Source: an uncultured bacterium
GTDB taxonomy: Bacteria > Gemmatimonadota > Gemmatimonadetes > Longimicrobiales > RSA9
Direction of reading: 5' to 3'
NCBI GenBank assembly: GCA_937889645.1
Contig: CALBZE010000023.1
Span: forward strand, 7,159-71,158
Length of the DNA: 64,000 nt
Positions 8,284 to 17,368 of the stretch are shown here, one piece after another. The notes under the pieces were generated by a model, which was not told the DNA's origin, searched no databases, and saw only the letters and a program-made list of their open reading frames with translations. The position numbers were made by a program, and so were the translations under genes. Within the stretch, counting starts at the first letter, position 1. Each line of letters opens with the position of its first letter.

Positions 8284-11200
8284 GCCCGCGCCCTCCTTCG
8301 CCGAACTCCCATTCCCAGAAGAGGCCGACGCCGGTCTTCCTGCGCACCGTGAAGCCGGGCTCGTCCCTCCCGCCCGGCGCCGCCGGGAAGAAGCGAGGCA
8401 CGCTGAAGGCCTCGAGCTCGGCGCCGAGAGGCGCGTAGCCGCTGGCGCGGACGCGGACGCCCGGGAGCAGGTGTCCATCGAGCGCCTGGGTCACGAAGAC
8501 CTCGAAGCGATCGATGACCGCGCCGGCGCCGAGCATCGGCCCGACGGCGATGGGCGCGGGGTAGCTCGGCCCGACCCGGATCGTGCCCGCCTGCAGCCAG
8601 CCGCGCTCGAGCGGGATGTAGTCGTACGCCTCGTCGGCCGCGTAGCTCCAGAGGAGCGTGGCCGATTGCGTGAAGCTGCGCTCGTCGAACAGGTCGGCGG
8701 GATTCGACGGGCGCCAGACCGGCCAGCGTCGCCAGCCGGTCACCGGCTGCGGCTCGAGGTCGTAGATCAGCAGCTCGCCCAGCTGCTCCTGCGTCTCGGG
8801 GAGGAGCGACCAGCGGGTCAGCCGTTCGGTCGGCCGGCCGGCGGGCCCGATGCCGAGGAACTCGAGGGGTGGGGACCGGCGGGGCGCCGTCGCGGTCGCG
8901 ATGCGCCCCGAGCCGACCTGCCACTCCTCGCGATACTCGGCCTTGATCGCGATGCGCGGCTCCGTGCCGCCCTCGAAGCCGGCCGTGCCGCCGACGACGT
9001 GAAATCGTTTGCCGAAGAAGGCGTAGTATCCGCCCTCGACGTCGAGCGTGCCGTGTACCTCGATCGTCTCCTCCCCCGTCACCACCACGACCTCGCCCGT
9101 GCCGTACAGGTCGCTGTCCTCGTCCAGGACCGAGAACGCGGTGTCGACCTCGATGACGACGCGTACGTCGATCGGCGGCGGCCGGTCGTCGCGGGCGCGG
9201 CGGCGCAGCTCGGAGTCTTCGGGCCACGGGACGCGGCGGGCGAGGTCGGCGTAGGGCGGGTCGTCGGGGTCGAGGACGGGGTCCGGCCGGAACGCGTCCT
9301 CGTGCAGCCAGCCGTGCAGATCGTAGACGCGGCCGGTGAGCGAGGGCCGGTCGAACGGGCCCTCGAGCGCGAGCGTGGCGGAGGCGGTGACGTCGCCTTC
9401 CTCGTCGTCCTTGAAGTTCACGCTGTCGACGCGCACGGCAAGGTCGAAGCGGCGCGGGCGGTCGAAGAGGCGGACCGTACCCGTGACGACGACGTCGCCG
9501 CCGCCGGCGCGGGCGCCGAGGGTGTCGACGACGAGGAGCCCGTCGACGAGGCGCGTCTCGGCCGCGATCTCGTCGACCGCGAGCGAGAGCGGTTCGACGA
9601 AGAGCGCACCGTCGTCGAGCGTGAAGCGCGCATCGAAGCGCGGGGCGTCCACCGTGCCGCGGATGCGGCCGCGCCCTCGCGCGACGCCGCGCACGCTGTC
9701 GATCGCCTCCGGAAACGGGAGGAGCGCGAGCGGGAGCGAGTCGGCGACGACGTCGACGTGGATGGCGCCGTCGCCGGCGAGGACGACGGAGCCGTCGGCG
9801 ACGGCGACGAGGTCGGGCGGGCGCGGCGCGGGCGGTGCCGGTGGCGCGGGCGGCGCGGGCGGTGCGGGTGCCGGACGTGGGCGCGGAGCGGGCGGCGTGA
9901 CCGGCGCCGCCGGCTCGAGTCCCGCGACGCGGCGCGCGGCCTCCGGCTCCGCGGTCACGACCGCGGTGCCCGACAGCACGGGCGGCGCCGCGGGGCGATC
10001 GACGAGCCGCGCGGCGAGCGTCGCATGAATGCCGTCGATCCCGACGACGGCTACGTCGCCGGTGATCGTGAGGAGCTCGGCGGGTCCGACGATGTCGAGA
10101 CGAGCCGCGAACGCGGTGTCCGCCGCGCGGAGTGGCTCGGCGCGGAGCGCGAGGTCGAGGTACGGCTCGGGCTCGAGGACGACGTCGCCGCGGGCGGCGA
10201 AGCGGGAGACCTCTCCTCCGGCGCCGGTCCGGGCGAGCCGGGCGCGGAGTGCGATGCCGTCGCGGGCAGTGCCGTCGCCGGCGATCCAGCCGGTCCACGC
10301 GCCGGCGCCCGGGATCGCGACGCCGAACACGCGCTCGAAGTCCGCGGCGTGCACGGGCGCGGCCTCGGCGCGGAAGCGGCGGAAGCGCAGCGTCGGCTCG
10401 AGGTCGATCCCGCCGCGGGCCGCCGCGAGGGAGCGCCCGCTCGCCGCGCGCAGCCAGGCGATGTCGATCGTGCGGAGGCCCGGCCCGCCGGAGAGGGTAA
10501 CGACGCCCGCGCCGCCGCCCGGCGCGGCCCGCCCGAGCCGCGGGATGAATGTGGCCAACTCGGCGAACGCGAAGGTGTCCGCGGCGAGGGTCGTCGTCCA
10601 GGCGTTGGAGCGGTCCGCGTGGAAGTCGGCCGCGACGAGGGTCGCGGGGAGGCGCACCTTCGCCCGGGCGACGAGGCGGTCGCTCCGTTCGACGGTGAGG
10701 GCGAGCGAGCGGACATCGAGCGGCCGGCCGCGGATCTCGCCGACGGCGTTGGCGTCGACGACCTCGAGGCGTTCCGCGAGCCCGGCGTCGCGCCCGCCGA
10801 TTCGGATGTCGACGGCGACGAGGTCGATGTCGCGCATGCGCCAGAGCCAGCGATCGACTGCCCGCTCGGACGGTAGATCCTCAGCGGCGTGCACCGGCGC
10901 CCGCTCTCGTGGCGCCAGCGCTCCAACACTGCCGCGCTCCACCTCGAGCCGCCTCACCTCGACCCGTGGCTCGAGGATCTCGACGAAGAAGTCGAGCCCC
11001 GAGGCGTTGTCATGGGAAGCGATCCTTTCGCGGAAGGTCACTCCCGGCTGCCTGAGACGGAGCTCCTCGAAGACGAGGACCGGCGTGCCGGTCGCGACGG
11101 CGCCCGGCCGCCCCGTGGTGGCGGGAGCACCGGCCGCCGGCGGCGTCCCCGCACCGAGTACCCCGCCCGCGCCCCGGACCACCCCCTCCGCCCACGGCAG

Positions 11201-11554
11201 CTCTACCTCGACGTCGTCGCCGACCACCGCGCGCACGCCCTCCAGCCGCACGCGGAACGGCGCGTCGAGCCCGCCGCGCGCCGCCTCGGGGATCGGCGGC
11301 GGAGCCGCCAGCTCGGGGATGAGGCGCGGGATCCGCGAGTGGTCCTCCTCGCACGCGGAGGAGAAGGCCCAGACGGCCGCGACGAGGGCGGCTCGAACGG
11401 CGCGCCGGAGCGACGAGCCGCGCCGTGCGAACCCGACGTACGGTCGGGTTGGACCGCGATCGGCGCGTTGCCCGCTCGAGCTTCGCCGGCGGTCCCGCAC
11501 GGCTCGCCGACCCAACCGGCTCTGCCCTCCCCCGCGACGCGCCGGGTCGCGCAT
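8243..11554 (-). CDS. tamB: TamB-like translocation and assembly module protein (DUF490-type C-terminus), 1103 aa
   Basis: ATG at 11554, 2 nt after the stop of the upstream Omp85 gene. N-terminal anchor AVRAALVAAVWAF. C-terminal ...GTLDVEGGYYAFFGKRFHVVGGTAGFEGGTEPRIAIKAEY... is typical of TamB. Lies inside ORF 8243..13555. Confidence 0.8.
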   Translation of the reverse strand: MRDPARRGGGQSRLGRRAVRDRRRSSSGQRADRGPTRPYVGFARRGSSLRRAVRAALVAAVWAFSSACEEDHSRIPRLIPELAAPPPIPEAARGGLDAPFRVRLEGVRAVVGDDVEVELPWAEGVVRGAGGVLGAGTPPAAGAPATTGRPGAVATGTPVLVFEELRLRQPGVTFRERIASHDNASGLDFFVEILEPRVEVRRLEVERGSVGALAPRERAPVHAAEDLPSERAVDRWLWRMRDIDLVAVDIRIGGRDAGLAERLEVVDANAVGEIRGRPLDVRSLALTVERSDRLVARAKVRLPATLVAADFHADRSNAWTTTLAADTFAFAELATFIPRLGRAAPGGGAGVVTLSGGPGLRTIDIAWLRAASGRSLAAARGGIDLEPTLRFRRFRAEAAPVHAADFERVFGVAIPGAGAWTGWIAGDGTARDGIALRARLARTGAGGEVSRFAARGDVVLEPEPYLDLALRAEPLRAADTAFAARLDIVGPAELLTITGDVAVVGIDGIHATLAARLVDRPAAPPVLSGTAVVTAEPEAARRVAGLEPAAPVTPPAPRPRPAPAPPAPPAPPAPPAPRPPDLVAVADGSVVLAGDGAIHVDVVADSLPLALLPFPEAIDSVRGVARGRGRIRGTVDAPRFDARFTLDDGALFVEPLSLAVDEIAAETRLVDGLLVVDTLGARAGGGDVVVTGTVRLFDRPRRFDLAVRVDSVNFKDDEEGDVTASATLALEGPFDRPSLTGRVYDLHGWLHEDAFRPDPVLDPDDPPYADLARRVPWPEDSELRRRARDDRPPPIDVRVVIEVDTAFSVLDEDSDLYGTGEVVVVTGEETIEVHGTLDVEGGYYAFFGKRFHVVGGTAGFEGGTEPRIAIKAEYREEWQVGSGRIATATAPRRSPPLEFLGIGPAGRPTERLTRWSLLPETQEQLGELLIYDLEPQPVTGWRRWPVWRPSNPADLFDERSFTQSATLLWSYAADEAYDYIPLERGWLQAGTIRVGPSYPAPIAVGPMLGAGAVIDRFEVFVTQALDGHLLPGVRVRASGYAPLGAELEAFSVPRFFPAAPGGRDEPGFTVRRKTGVGLFWEWEFGEGGRGLNRPARPDSPPPR

Positions 11555-11556
11555 GC

Positions 11557-13770
11557 TCAGAACGGCTGGCCGATCGCGACCTGGAGCTGCAGACGCCGCC
11601 AGAACTCCTTCCAGGGCGACGGATCGTCGTGCGTATACGGCGCATACCGCACCTCGCCCAGGACGATCAGCGTCCCGTCCTCGGGGTCGCGGGTGAGGAG
11701 CGGGAGGGTCACATCGCCCGAGGGGTCGTAGGCGAGGTCGATGCGGATGGGGCCGAGGCCGGTGACGATGCGGACGCCGACGCCCGGCGTGAGGAGCGCC
11801 GCCCAGTTCTCGGAGACCAGACCGTCTTCGTCGTCCCAGGGGTCGCGGGCGAGGACGCCGAAGTCGGCGAAGGCGGCGGCCTGGAACGCGTCGCTCAACC
11901 ACCGCCGCAGCTCGAGGTTCGCCTCGAACAGGAGCTTCCCGCCGGTCGGCCGGACGGCGACGTCGTCGGGATCGACGGTCAGCCCGGGCGGGCAGATGCC
12001 GAGCACGACGTCGCACCCGATCGCCTCCGCCGTCACCGGTCCGACGACGAGGAACTTCGGGCCGAGCAGGTTCTGCGGCACCCCGCGCACGGTGTTCACG
12101 CCGCCGCTGTAGAGCCGGACTTGGGGCGGGAGCACCTCCTCGCCGCCGAACAGGAGCCCGATGCGCGTCCGGCCGGCGACCTCGCCCCGTTCGCCCACGA
12201 TGCGGGTGATTCCCGCCTCGTCGACCGTGCGGATGAAGTCGTAATCGGAGACGGTGAAGAACGCCGCGCCTTCGAGCCCCGCACGGACCCAACGGCGCCA
12301 GCGCTCGCCGGGCATCGGGAGCCGGACCTGCACCGGCGGCCCCTCCGGCGTCCAGATCGCGAGGAGCTCGACGGGCGAGAGCCAGGTGAAATCGGTCAGC
12401 TCGTCGAGTCCGTCGGGGTCGCAGACGCCGTAGGTGCCGCAGAAGAAGAATTCCGCGCCCCGCAGCTCGTTCCGGCTCGGCGAGTAGATGACCGACCCGG
12501 TCAGCTCCGGGCGGAACTCGTGCGCGACGCCGACCTGGCCGCCGTAGCCGCGGCGTACGTAGACGCGGGGCGCGGTCTCCCGGACCGCATAGGCGCGCAG
12601 CATGAGCGCCGTGCGCGGATCGCCCGGCCACGGCTGGCGCAGCGACGCGTCGACGAAGTAGTCGAGGCCGGTGAACTCGTCGCCCGACTCGTCGTCGACG
12701 CCGGTGCACGGGAAACCGGCCAGCTGGCTCGACAACAGGTTGCCGACGCCCGCGCCGATCGAGAAGAGACGCGGCCCGCCGAGGAAGTAACGGCTCGTCC
12801 AGAACGCGGCGATCTCGAGGCACTCCGTCGAGGAGACCGTCCCCTCGACCTGGATCCCCGCCGTGCGGCGCGATTCGACGACGAGCCGCGGCGAGACGAC
12901 CGTCGCGCCCGCCTCGAGCCCGACCGGCTCGACGACGACCCGCTCCACGATCGGGAGCGCGTAGAGCTGCCGCTGCGTCTCCTCGATCGCCGAGGGGCGG
13001 AACGGGTCGCCGGGCGCGTAGGCCAGCCGCTCGCGCACGACTTCCTCGTCGATCGGGGCCTCGGCCTCGATCGTCGTCTCGCCGAAGACGACGGCCGGCC
13101 CGGGGTCGATGTCGAAGACGACGGACGCCGACCGCGCCGTTTCGTCGACGTTGCCGCCGATCTGCACCTGCACGTACGGGCGGCCCCGCTCGGCGAACGC
13201 GCGCGCGATCACGAGCCGCGTCGAGTCGATGAGGGGCAGCGCGTACGGCCCGCCCACGCGGAGCGGCAGGGGCCCGGGGACCTCGACCGGCGGGTCGAGC
13301 GAGTCCAGCCCCCGCACGTCGATCGAGGCGACGCGGATCGGCTCGCCCTCCGCGATCCGGAACACGACCTCGACTTGGTCCCTCCCGTCCGGGCGCGTCT
13401 CCACGGCGACCGCCGCGTCCGTGAAGCCCCACGACTCGTAGAGCAGCTCGAGCCGTTCGACATCGCGCGCGAGCTCGTCGCGGTCGAGATAGTGCTTCTC
13501 CTCGGCGAAGCCGAAGCCGAGGGCGCAGAAGAGGACGAGGAGCGGAGAGCGGCACTCGGTCGGGCGCGTGTAGATCGCGTCCTGCAGGACGTCCTCGTCG
13601 AGCGACTTCGCCCCCTCGAACTCGACCGAGGTGACTTCGGGGCCCCGGGGCGTCGCGGCCGCGTCCTGACCGTGGATCTGCCGCGGGCCGGCGAGCGCGA
13701 GGATCGCCAGGACGACGATCGGTGTGCGGCGGCCGTCGGGCTTGCTGGTCCGCGGAATCATGGCCCGCAC
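11557..13770 (-). CDS. tamA: Omp85-family outer membrane protein (TamA/BamA-like) with POTRA repeats, 737 aa
   Basis: Signal peptide IVVLAILALAGPRQIHGQ. POTRA-like VTSVEFEGAKSLDEDVLQDAIYTR..., IRVASIDVRGLD.... C-terminal barrel ending ...LQLQVAIGQPF. GTG at 13770 or ATG at 13761 as start. Confidence 0.85.
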   Translation of the reverse strand: MRAMIPRTSKPDGRRTPIVVLAILALAGPRQIHGQDAAATPRGPEVTSVEFEGAKSLDEDVLQDAIYTRPTECRSPLLVLFCALGFGFAEEKHYLDRDELARDVERLELLYESWGFTDAAVAVETRPDGRDQVEVVFRIAEGEPIRVASIDVRGLDSLDPPVEVPGPLPLRVGGPYALPLIDSTRLVIARAFAERGRPYVQVQIGGNVDETARSASVVFDIDPGPAVVFGETTIEAEAPIDEEVVRERLAYAPGDPFRPSAIEETQRQLYALPIVERVVVEPVGLEAGATVVSPRLVVESRRTAGIQVEGTVSSTECLEIAAFWTSRYFLGGPRLFSIGAGVGNLLSSQLAGFPCTGVDDESGDEFTGLDYFVDASLRQPWPGDPRTALMLRAYAVRETAPRVYVRRGYGGQVGVAHEFRPELTGSVIYSPSRNELRGAEFFFCGTYGVCDPDGLDELTDFTWLSPVELLAIWTPEGPPVQVRLPMPGERWRRWVRAGLEGAAFFTVSDYDFIRTVDEAGITRIVGERGEVAGRTRIGLLFGGEEVLPPQVRLYSGGVNTVRGVPQNLLGPKFLVVGPVTAEAIGCDVVLGICPPGLTVDPDDVAVRPTGGKLLFEANLELRRWLSDAFQAAAFADFGVLARDPWDDEDGLVSENWAALLTPGVGVRIVTGLGPIRIDLAYDPSGDVTLPLLTRDPEDGTLIVLGEVRYAPYTHDDPSPWKEFWRRLQLQVAIGQPF

Positions 13771-13821
13771 GGCATGCAGGAGTCGGGCCGGGGACGGGCG
13801 CGACGGGGCGGCGCGCGGCGC

Positions 13822-14082
13822 CTATCCGGCGGCCCGACCGTCTTCGGTCGGGAGCCGCCGGGCGGGCGGTACGTCCTGCACCCGCTCGGCTTCCTCCCGG
13901 AGCTGGGCGAGGAGACGGTCCATCTGACGCCGGTTCATCAACGTCGCCAGGTGGCCGATGAGGCCGATGGCGAGCGTCGCGCGGTCGGGCACCGTGAGCC
14001 GGTCGCGGACCGCGTGCATGATCTCGCGGATCGCCTCGTAGTTCGGATTGATCGTCTCGGTCGTGCGCGACGGCTGCGTCAT
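13822..14082 (-). CDS. small helical hypothetical protein (86 aa), coupled to the upstream nuclease-like gene
   Basis: ATG at 14082 lies 1 nt after the TGA (14084-14086) of the upstream gene. MTQPSRTTETINPNYEAIREIMHAVRDRLTVPDRATLAIGLIGHLATLMNRRQMDRLLAQLREEAE... Confidence 0.6.
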   Translation of the reverse strand: MTQPSRTTETINPNYEAIREIMHAVRDRLTVPDRATLAIGLIGHLATLMNRRQMDRLLAQLREEAERVQDVPPARRLPTEDGRAAG

Positions 14083-14083
14083 C

Positions 14084-14842
14084 TCACTCCTCCACGGCAC
14101 CTTGGTGGCCGCCCACGGACCCGGGCCCGGCCACACCTCCTTCGACGATTGCACCGCCCATGCCGCCATGCGCGCCCGCCAACTCGATGCGCGCCTGGGA
14201 CGCGATCCAGTTCATCCCGAGTCTGAGCTTGTCGAGCAGGTGCAGGAAATCCAGCACCGGGTCGCCGAACTGGGCGTCCTTCCACACCTGTCGATGCTCC
14301 GCCATCGTCCGCATGAGGAACAGCGCCGTGTGCCGCAGCGGGATCGAGTGGAACGGCCCGCTCTCCACAACGGGCGACCCGTCGCCGAAGGCGACGAGGC
14401 GGAAGCGCCACCGTCGGCCGCCCGCCTCCGTCTTGGCTTCCCCTTCTTCGATGAGGCCGCGGATGATCCGCTCCAGCGGGTCGTCGAACCCGGCGTCCAG
14501 CCGGCTGAGCGCGGCCATGAGCACGATCGGGTCGCGGAGCGCGTCGTTGAGGCGCGGGCGCCCTTCCTTCACCTCGCAGACGAGCACGTCGACCATGCCG
14601 TCGTGGAGGTCGAGGATCGGGTCGGTCGCGAGGCGGAGGTCTTCGTTCTCCCACGGCGGGCCGCCGCGGTCGCGCGGTACGATGACCGCGGCATGGGGGA
14701 ATCGGACGGCCAGAATGTCCAGATCGGTCGCCGTGTGATAGCGCCACGGACGGCCTTCGCCGACCAGGATCGGCTGCTCCGGGAGCGAGATGTAGCCGTT
14801 GAATCGCAGGTACGCGCCCACGAGGGCGACTGCGGTATCCAT
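14084..14842 (-). CDS. PD-(D/E)XK-like nuclease-fold N-terminal domain protein with an uncharacterised C-terminal domain (252 aa)
   Basis: ATG at 14842 with GGAGG about 9 nt upstream. Ordered motifs VALVGAYLRFNGY ... TDLDILAV ... VDVLVCEVKEG (D...(D/E)xK). The longer ORF-track start at 15010 adds only Arg/Pro-rich sequence. Confidence 0.6.
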   Translation of the reverse strand: MDTAVALVGAYLRFNGYISLPEQPILVGEGRPWRYHTATDLDILAVRFPHAAVIVPRDRGGPPWENEDLRLATDPILDLHDGMVDVLVCEVKEGRPRLNDALRDPIVLMAALSRLDAGFDDPLERIIRGLIEEGEAKTEAGGRRWRFRLVAFGDGSPVVESGPFHSIPLRHTALFLMRTMAEHRQVWKDAQFGDPVLDFLHLLDKLRLGMNWIASQARIELAGAHGGMGGAIVEGGVAGPGSVGGHQGAVEE

Positions 14843-15034
14843 GAGATCGAACCTCCGCGGCGCCGGGGAGTCACGAAGGGCGTGACGGGCCATAATCGTG
14901 CCTGAACGGGCGGGGACGTCCGGGTGCGGCGGTGTCGGGGCTCGGCGGTGCGGAAGCGGCGGCGCGCTCTTGCGTGCGTGGACCCGGCGTGCGCCCTCGT
15001 CGCATGGCACGGAGCGTGTACCGCCGCCCCTTCG

Positions 15035-16039
15035 ATGGGAGCAGGAACGGAGATGTGGTGGCGCCGGGTCGGCTCGCCGGAGGAAGGGTTCGGCTACGTG
15101 ACGGCGGACGGCTCACCCGTGGAGTCGGAGCAGGAGTTGAGCCGCATCGCAGCGCTCGCCGTGCCGCCGGCGTGGACCCGGGTCCGGATCTCGCCCGACC
15201 CGTGCAGCAAGGTGCAGGCGTGGGGTTACGACCGCGCGGGCCGGAAGCAGTACATCTACAGCGCCGAGCACGTGGTGCATCGCGACCGGCGGAAGTGGGG
15301 TCGCGTCCTGCGCTACGCCCGCGTGCTCCCCGCGCTGCGCCGGGCGACGAACGAGCACCTGCGCGCCGACGGGCTGGGGCGCGAGAAGGTCCTGGCGACG
15401 GTCGTCCGCCTGATGAGCCGCGCGTTCTTCCGCGTCGGCAGCGAGCGCTACGCCGTGCGCAACCGCACGTTCGGGATCTGCACGCTGCGGAAGAGCCACC
15501 TCGAGATCCGCGGGAACGACCTGATCTTCACGTACTCCGGGAAGAGCCGCGTCGACCAGCGGCGCGTCGTCGCCGACACGCCGCTGGTCGAGATCATGAC
15601 CGAGCTGCTGGCGCTGCCGGGGAGCCGCCTGTTCCGCTACGTCGACGCCGCGGGGCGGGTCCGGAACGTGACGGCCGGTATGGTCAACCGCTACATCCGC
15701 GACGTGCTCGGCGGTCGGTACACGTCGAAGGATCTGCGCACCTTCGGCGGGACGGTGCGCGCGGCGACGATCCTGGCCGACCTCGGGCCCGCGGCGTCCG
15801 AGCGGGAGGCGCGGCGAAACATCGCACTGTGCTGCCGCCTCGTCGCCACCGAGCTCGGGAACACGCCGACGATCTGCCGGAACGCGTACGTGCACCCGGC
15901 GGTGCTGGACGGCTACCTGCGGGGGGTCACGATCGAGACGCACATGCCGCCGGAGCCGCAGACGGTCCACGCGGAGTCGCCCGTCCCGTACTATCCGGAA
16001 GAGGCGGCGCTGATCCGGTTCCTGGAGCGGTTCGCCTGA
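15035..16039 (+). CDS. DNA topoisomerase IB (poxvirus-like bacterial TopIB)
   Basis: ...VPPAWTRVRISPDP..KVQAWGYDRAGRKQYIYS...FRVGSERYA..N.TFGICTLRKSH...KDLRTFGGT...LGNTPTICRNAYVHP (catalytic Tyr context). ATG 15035 or 15053 as start; the upstream part of ORF 14924.. looks non-coding. Confidence 0.85.
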   Translation: MGAGTEMWWRRVGSPEEGFGYVTADGSPVESEQELSRIAALAVPPAWTRVRISPDPCSKVQAWGYDRAGRKQYIYSAEHVVHRDRRKWGRVLRYARVLPALRRATNEHLRADGLGREKVLATVVRLMSRAFFRVGSERYAVRNRTFGICTLRKSHLEIRGNDLIFTYSGKSRVDQRRVVADTPLVEIMTELLALPGSRLFRYVDAAGRVRNVTAGMVNRYIRDVLGGRYTSKDLRTFGGTVRAATILADLGPAASEREARRNIALCCRLVATELGNTPTICRNAYVHPAVLDGYLRGVTIETHMPPEPQTVHAESPVPYYPEEAALIRFLERFA

Positions 16040-17235
16040 TGCGGCGGGAAGGCGACGTCGCCGCCAGACGCCGACGCCGGCCGAGGCTCGCGTCGCTGCT
16101 CCAGCGCGGGCTCCGGCGCGCGGCCGAGGCGCCACTCGTGCACGGGAACGCCGGGACGCTCCTGATCGACGGGCCGCGCGCCTACCCGGCGATGCTCGAG
16201 CGGATCGCCGCGGCCGAGCGGTGCGTGCACTTCGAGAACTACATCTTCCGCGGCGACGACGTCGGCCGACGCTTCGCCGACGCGCTCGTCGACCGCGCCC
16301 GCGCGGGCGTCGAGGTGCGGGTCCTCTACGACTGGTTCGGCTCGATCCGCACGCCGCGGTCGTTCTGGAATCGCATGCGACGGGCCGGGTGCGAGGTGCT
16401 CGCGTTCGGCCCGCCATCGCTGAGGCGGCCGCACGCGGTCCTGTTCCGCGACCATCGCAAGCTGCTCGTCGTCGACGGCCGCACGGCCGTGGTCGGCGGG
16501 CTCTGCATCGGCGGCGAATGGCTGGGCGACGGCACGGCGCCGTGCTGGCGGGACACGGCCGTCCTGCTCGAGGGGCCCGTCGCACGCGAACTGGACCGCG
16601 CGTTCGTCCGGATGTGGCGCCGCGCCGGCGGGCGGACGCCGACCCCGCTCGACGCGCCCCCCGCCGACGCCGGCGACGTGGCCGTGCGCGTCGTCGACGG
16701 CCCGCCGGCCCACGCCCGCGCGTACCGCCTGTACCAGATCCTCGCCGCGATGGCCGGGCGATCCCTCTACGTGACCGGCGCCTACCCCCTCGCCCCGGTG
16801 TCGCTGCGACGCGCGCTCGCCGCCGCCGCCCGCGCCGGCGTCGACGTCCGGCTCCTCGTCCCCGGCCGCTCCGACGTGCCGCTCCTCAACCAGGCCGCCC
16901 GCGCGCACTACGGCTCCCTGCTCCGCGCCGGCGTGCGGATCTACGAGTGGACCGGCCCCATGCTCCACGCCAAGACGGTCGTCGCCGACGGTGCGCTCGC
17001 GCTGATCGGCTCCAGCAACCTCAACCCCTTCAGCTTCAGCGGGAACTACGAGCTGGACGTGGAGATCCAGGACGCGGCTCTGGCGGGCGAGCTGGAGCGG
17101 CAGTTCCTGCAGGACCTCGCCTCCGCCCGCGAGATCACCGAGGAGGCGTGGAGAGCACGGCCGGCGGCGCAGAGGTGGCGGGAGCGAGTCGGCGCGGCGG
17201 TGTTGTGGGTGCCGTATAGGTTGTATGGGGGGTAG
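16039..17235 (+). CDS. two-HKD phospholipase D superfamily protein (soluble, ClsB/cardiolipin-synthase-like), 398 aa
   Basis: The ATG at 16039 overlaps the TGA of TopIB (TGATG). HKD motifs RDHRKLLVVDG and MLHAKTVVADG...IGSSNLN. No N-terminal TM helices visible. Confidence 0.85.
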   Translation: MRREGDVAARRRRRPRLASLLQRGLRRAAEAPLVHGNAGTLLIDGPRAYPAMLERIAAAERCVHFENYIFRGDDVGRRFADALVDRARAGVEVRVLYDWFGSIRTPRSFWNRMRRAGCEVLAFGPPSLRRPHAVLFRDHRKLLVVDGRTAVVGGLCIGGEWLGDGTAPCWRDTAVLLEGPVARELDRAFVRMWRRAGGRTPTPLDAPPADAGDVAVRVVDGPPAHARAYRLYQILAAMAGRSLYVTGAYPLAPVSLRRALAAAARAGVDVRLLVPGRSDVPLLNQAARAHYGSLLRAGVRIYEWTGPMLHAKTVVADGALALIGSSNLNPFSFSGNYELDVEIQDAALAGELERQFLQDLASAREITEEAWRARPAAQRWRERVGAAVLWVPYRLYGG

Positions 17236-17248
17236 GTGTTGGGTGTTA

Positions 17249-17345
17249 GGGCTTGGGGCCTGGGGCTCAGGGCCTGGGGCTCAGGTGTTGGGCAACTCGG
17301 GGTCCGCCACCCCGAGCCCTGCGCCCTGGGCCCTGAGCCCCGGGG
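17249..17345. repeat. GC-rich nested inverted repeat built from TGGGGCTCAGGGCC-type units, immediately after the PLD gene stop
   Basis: TGGGGCTCAGGGCC (17261-17274) and TGGGGCTCAGG (17275-17285) are complementary to GGGCCCTGAGCCCCGGGG (17328-17345). Inner perfect hairpin CTCGGGG/CCCCGAG (17296-17302 / 17310-17316). No U-tract. Confidence 0.7.
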
Positions 17346-17350
17346 CGGTC

Positions 17351-17360
17351 GGGGGGGGGG
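17351..17360. other. G10 homopolymer tract
   Basis: Ten consecutive G read directly at 17351-17360. Confidence 0.95.
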
Positions 17361-17368
17361 CGGCGGTC

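Noticed and set aside
16039-17235. Calling the two-HKD protein simply cardiolipin synthase and moving on.
   Set aside because: Not rejected as a family assignment, since the motifs fit ClsB-like enzymes. It is rejected as a sufficient explanation, because the start/stop overlap with TopIB and the absence of TM helices deserve testing (see finding).
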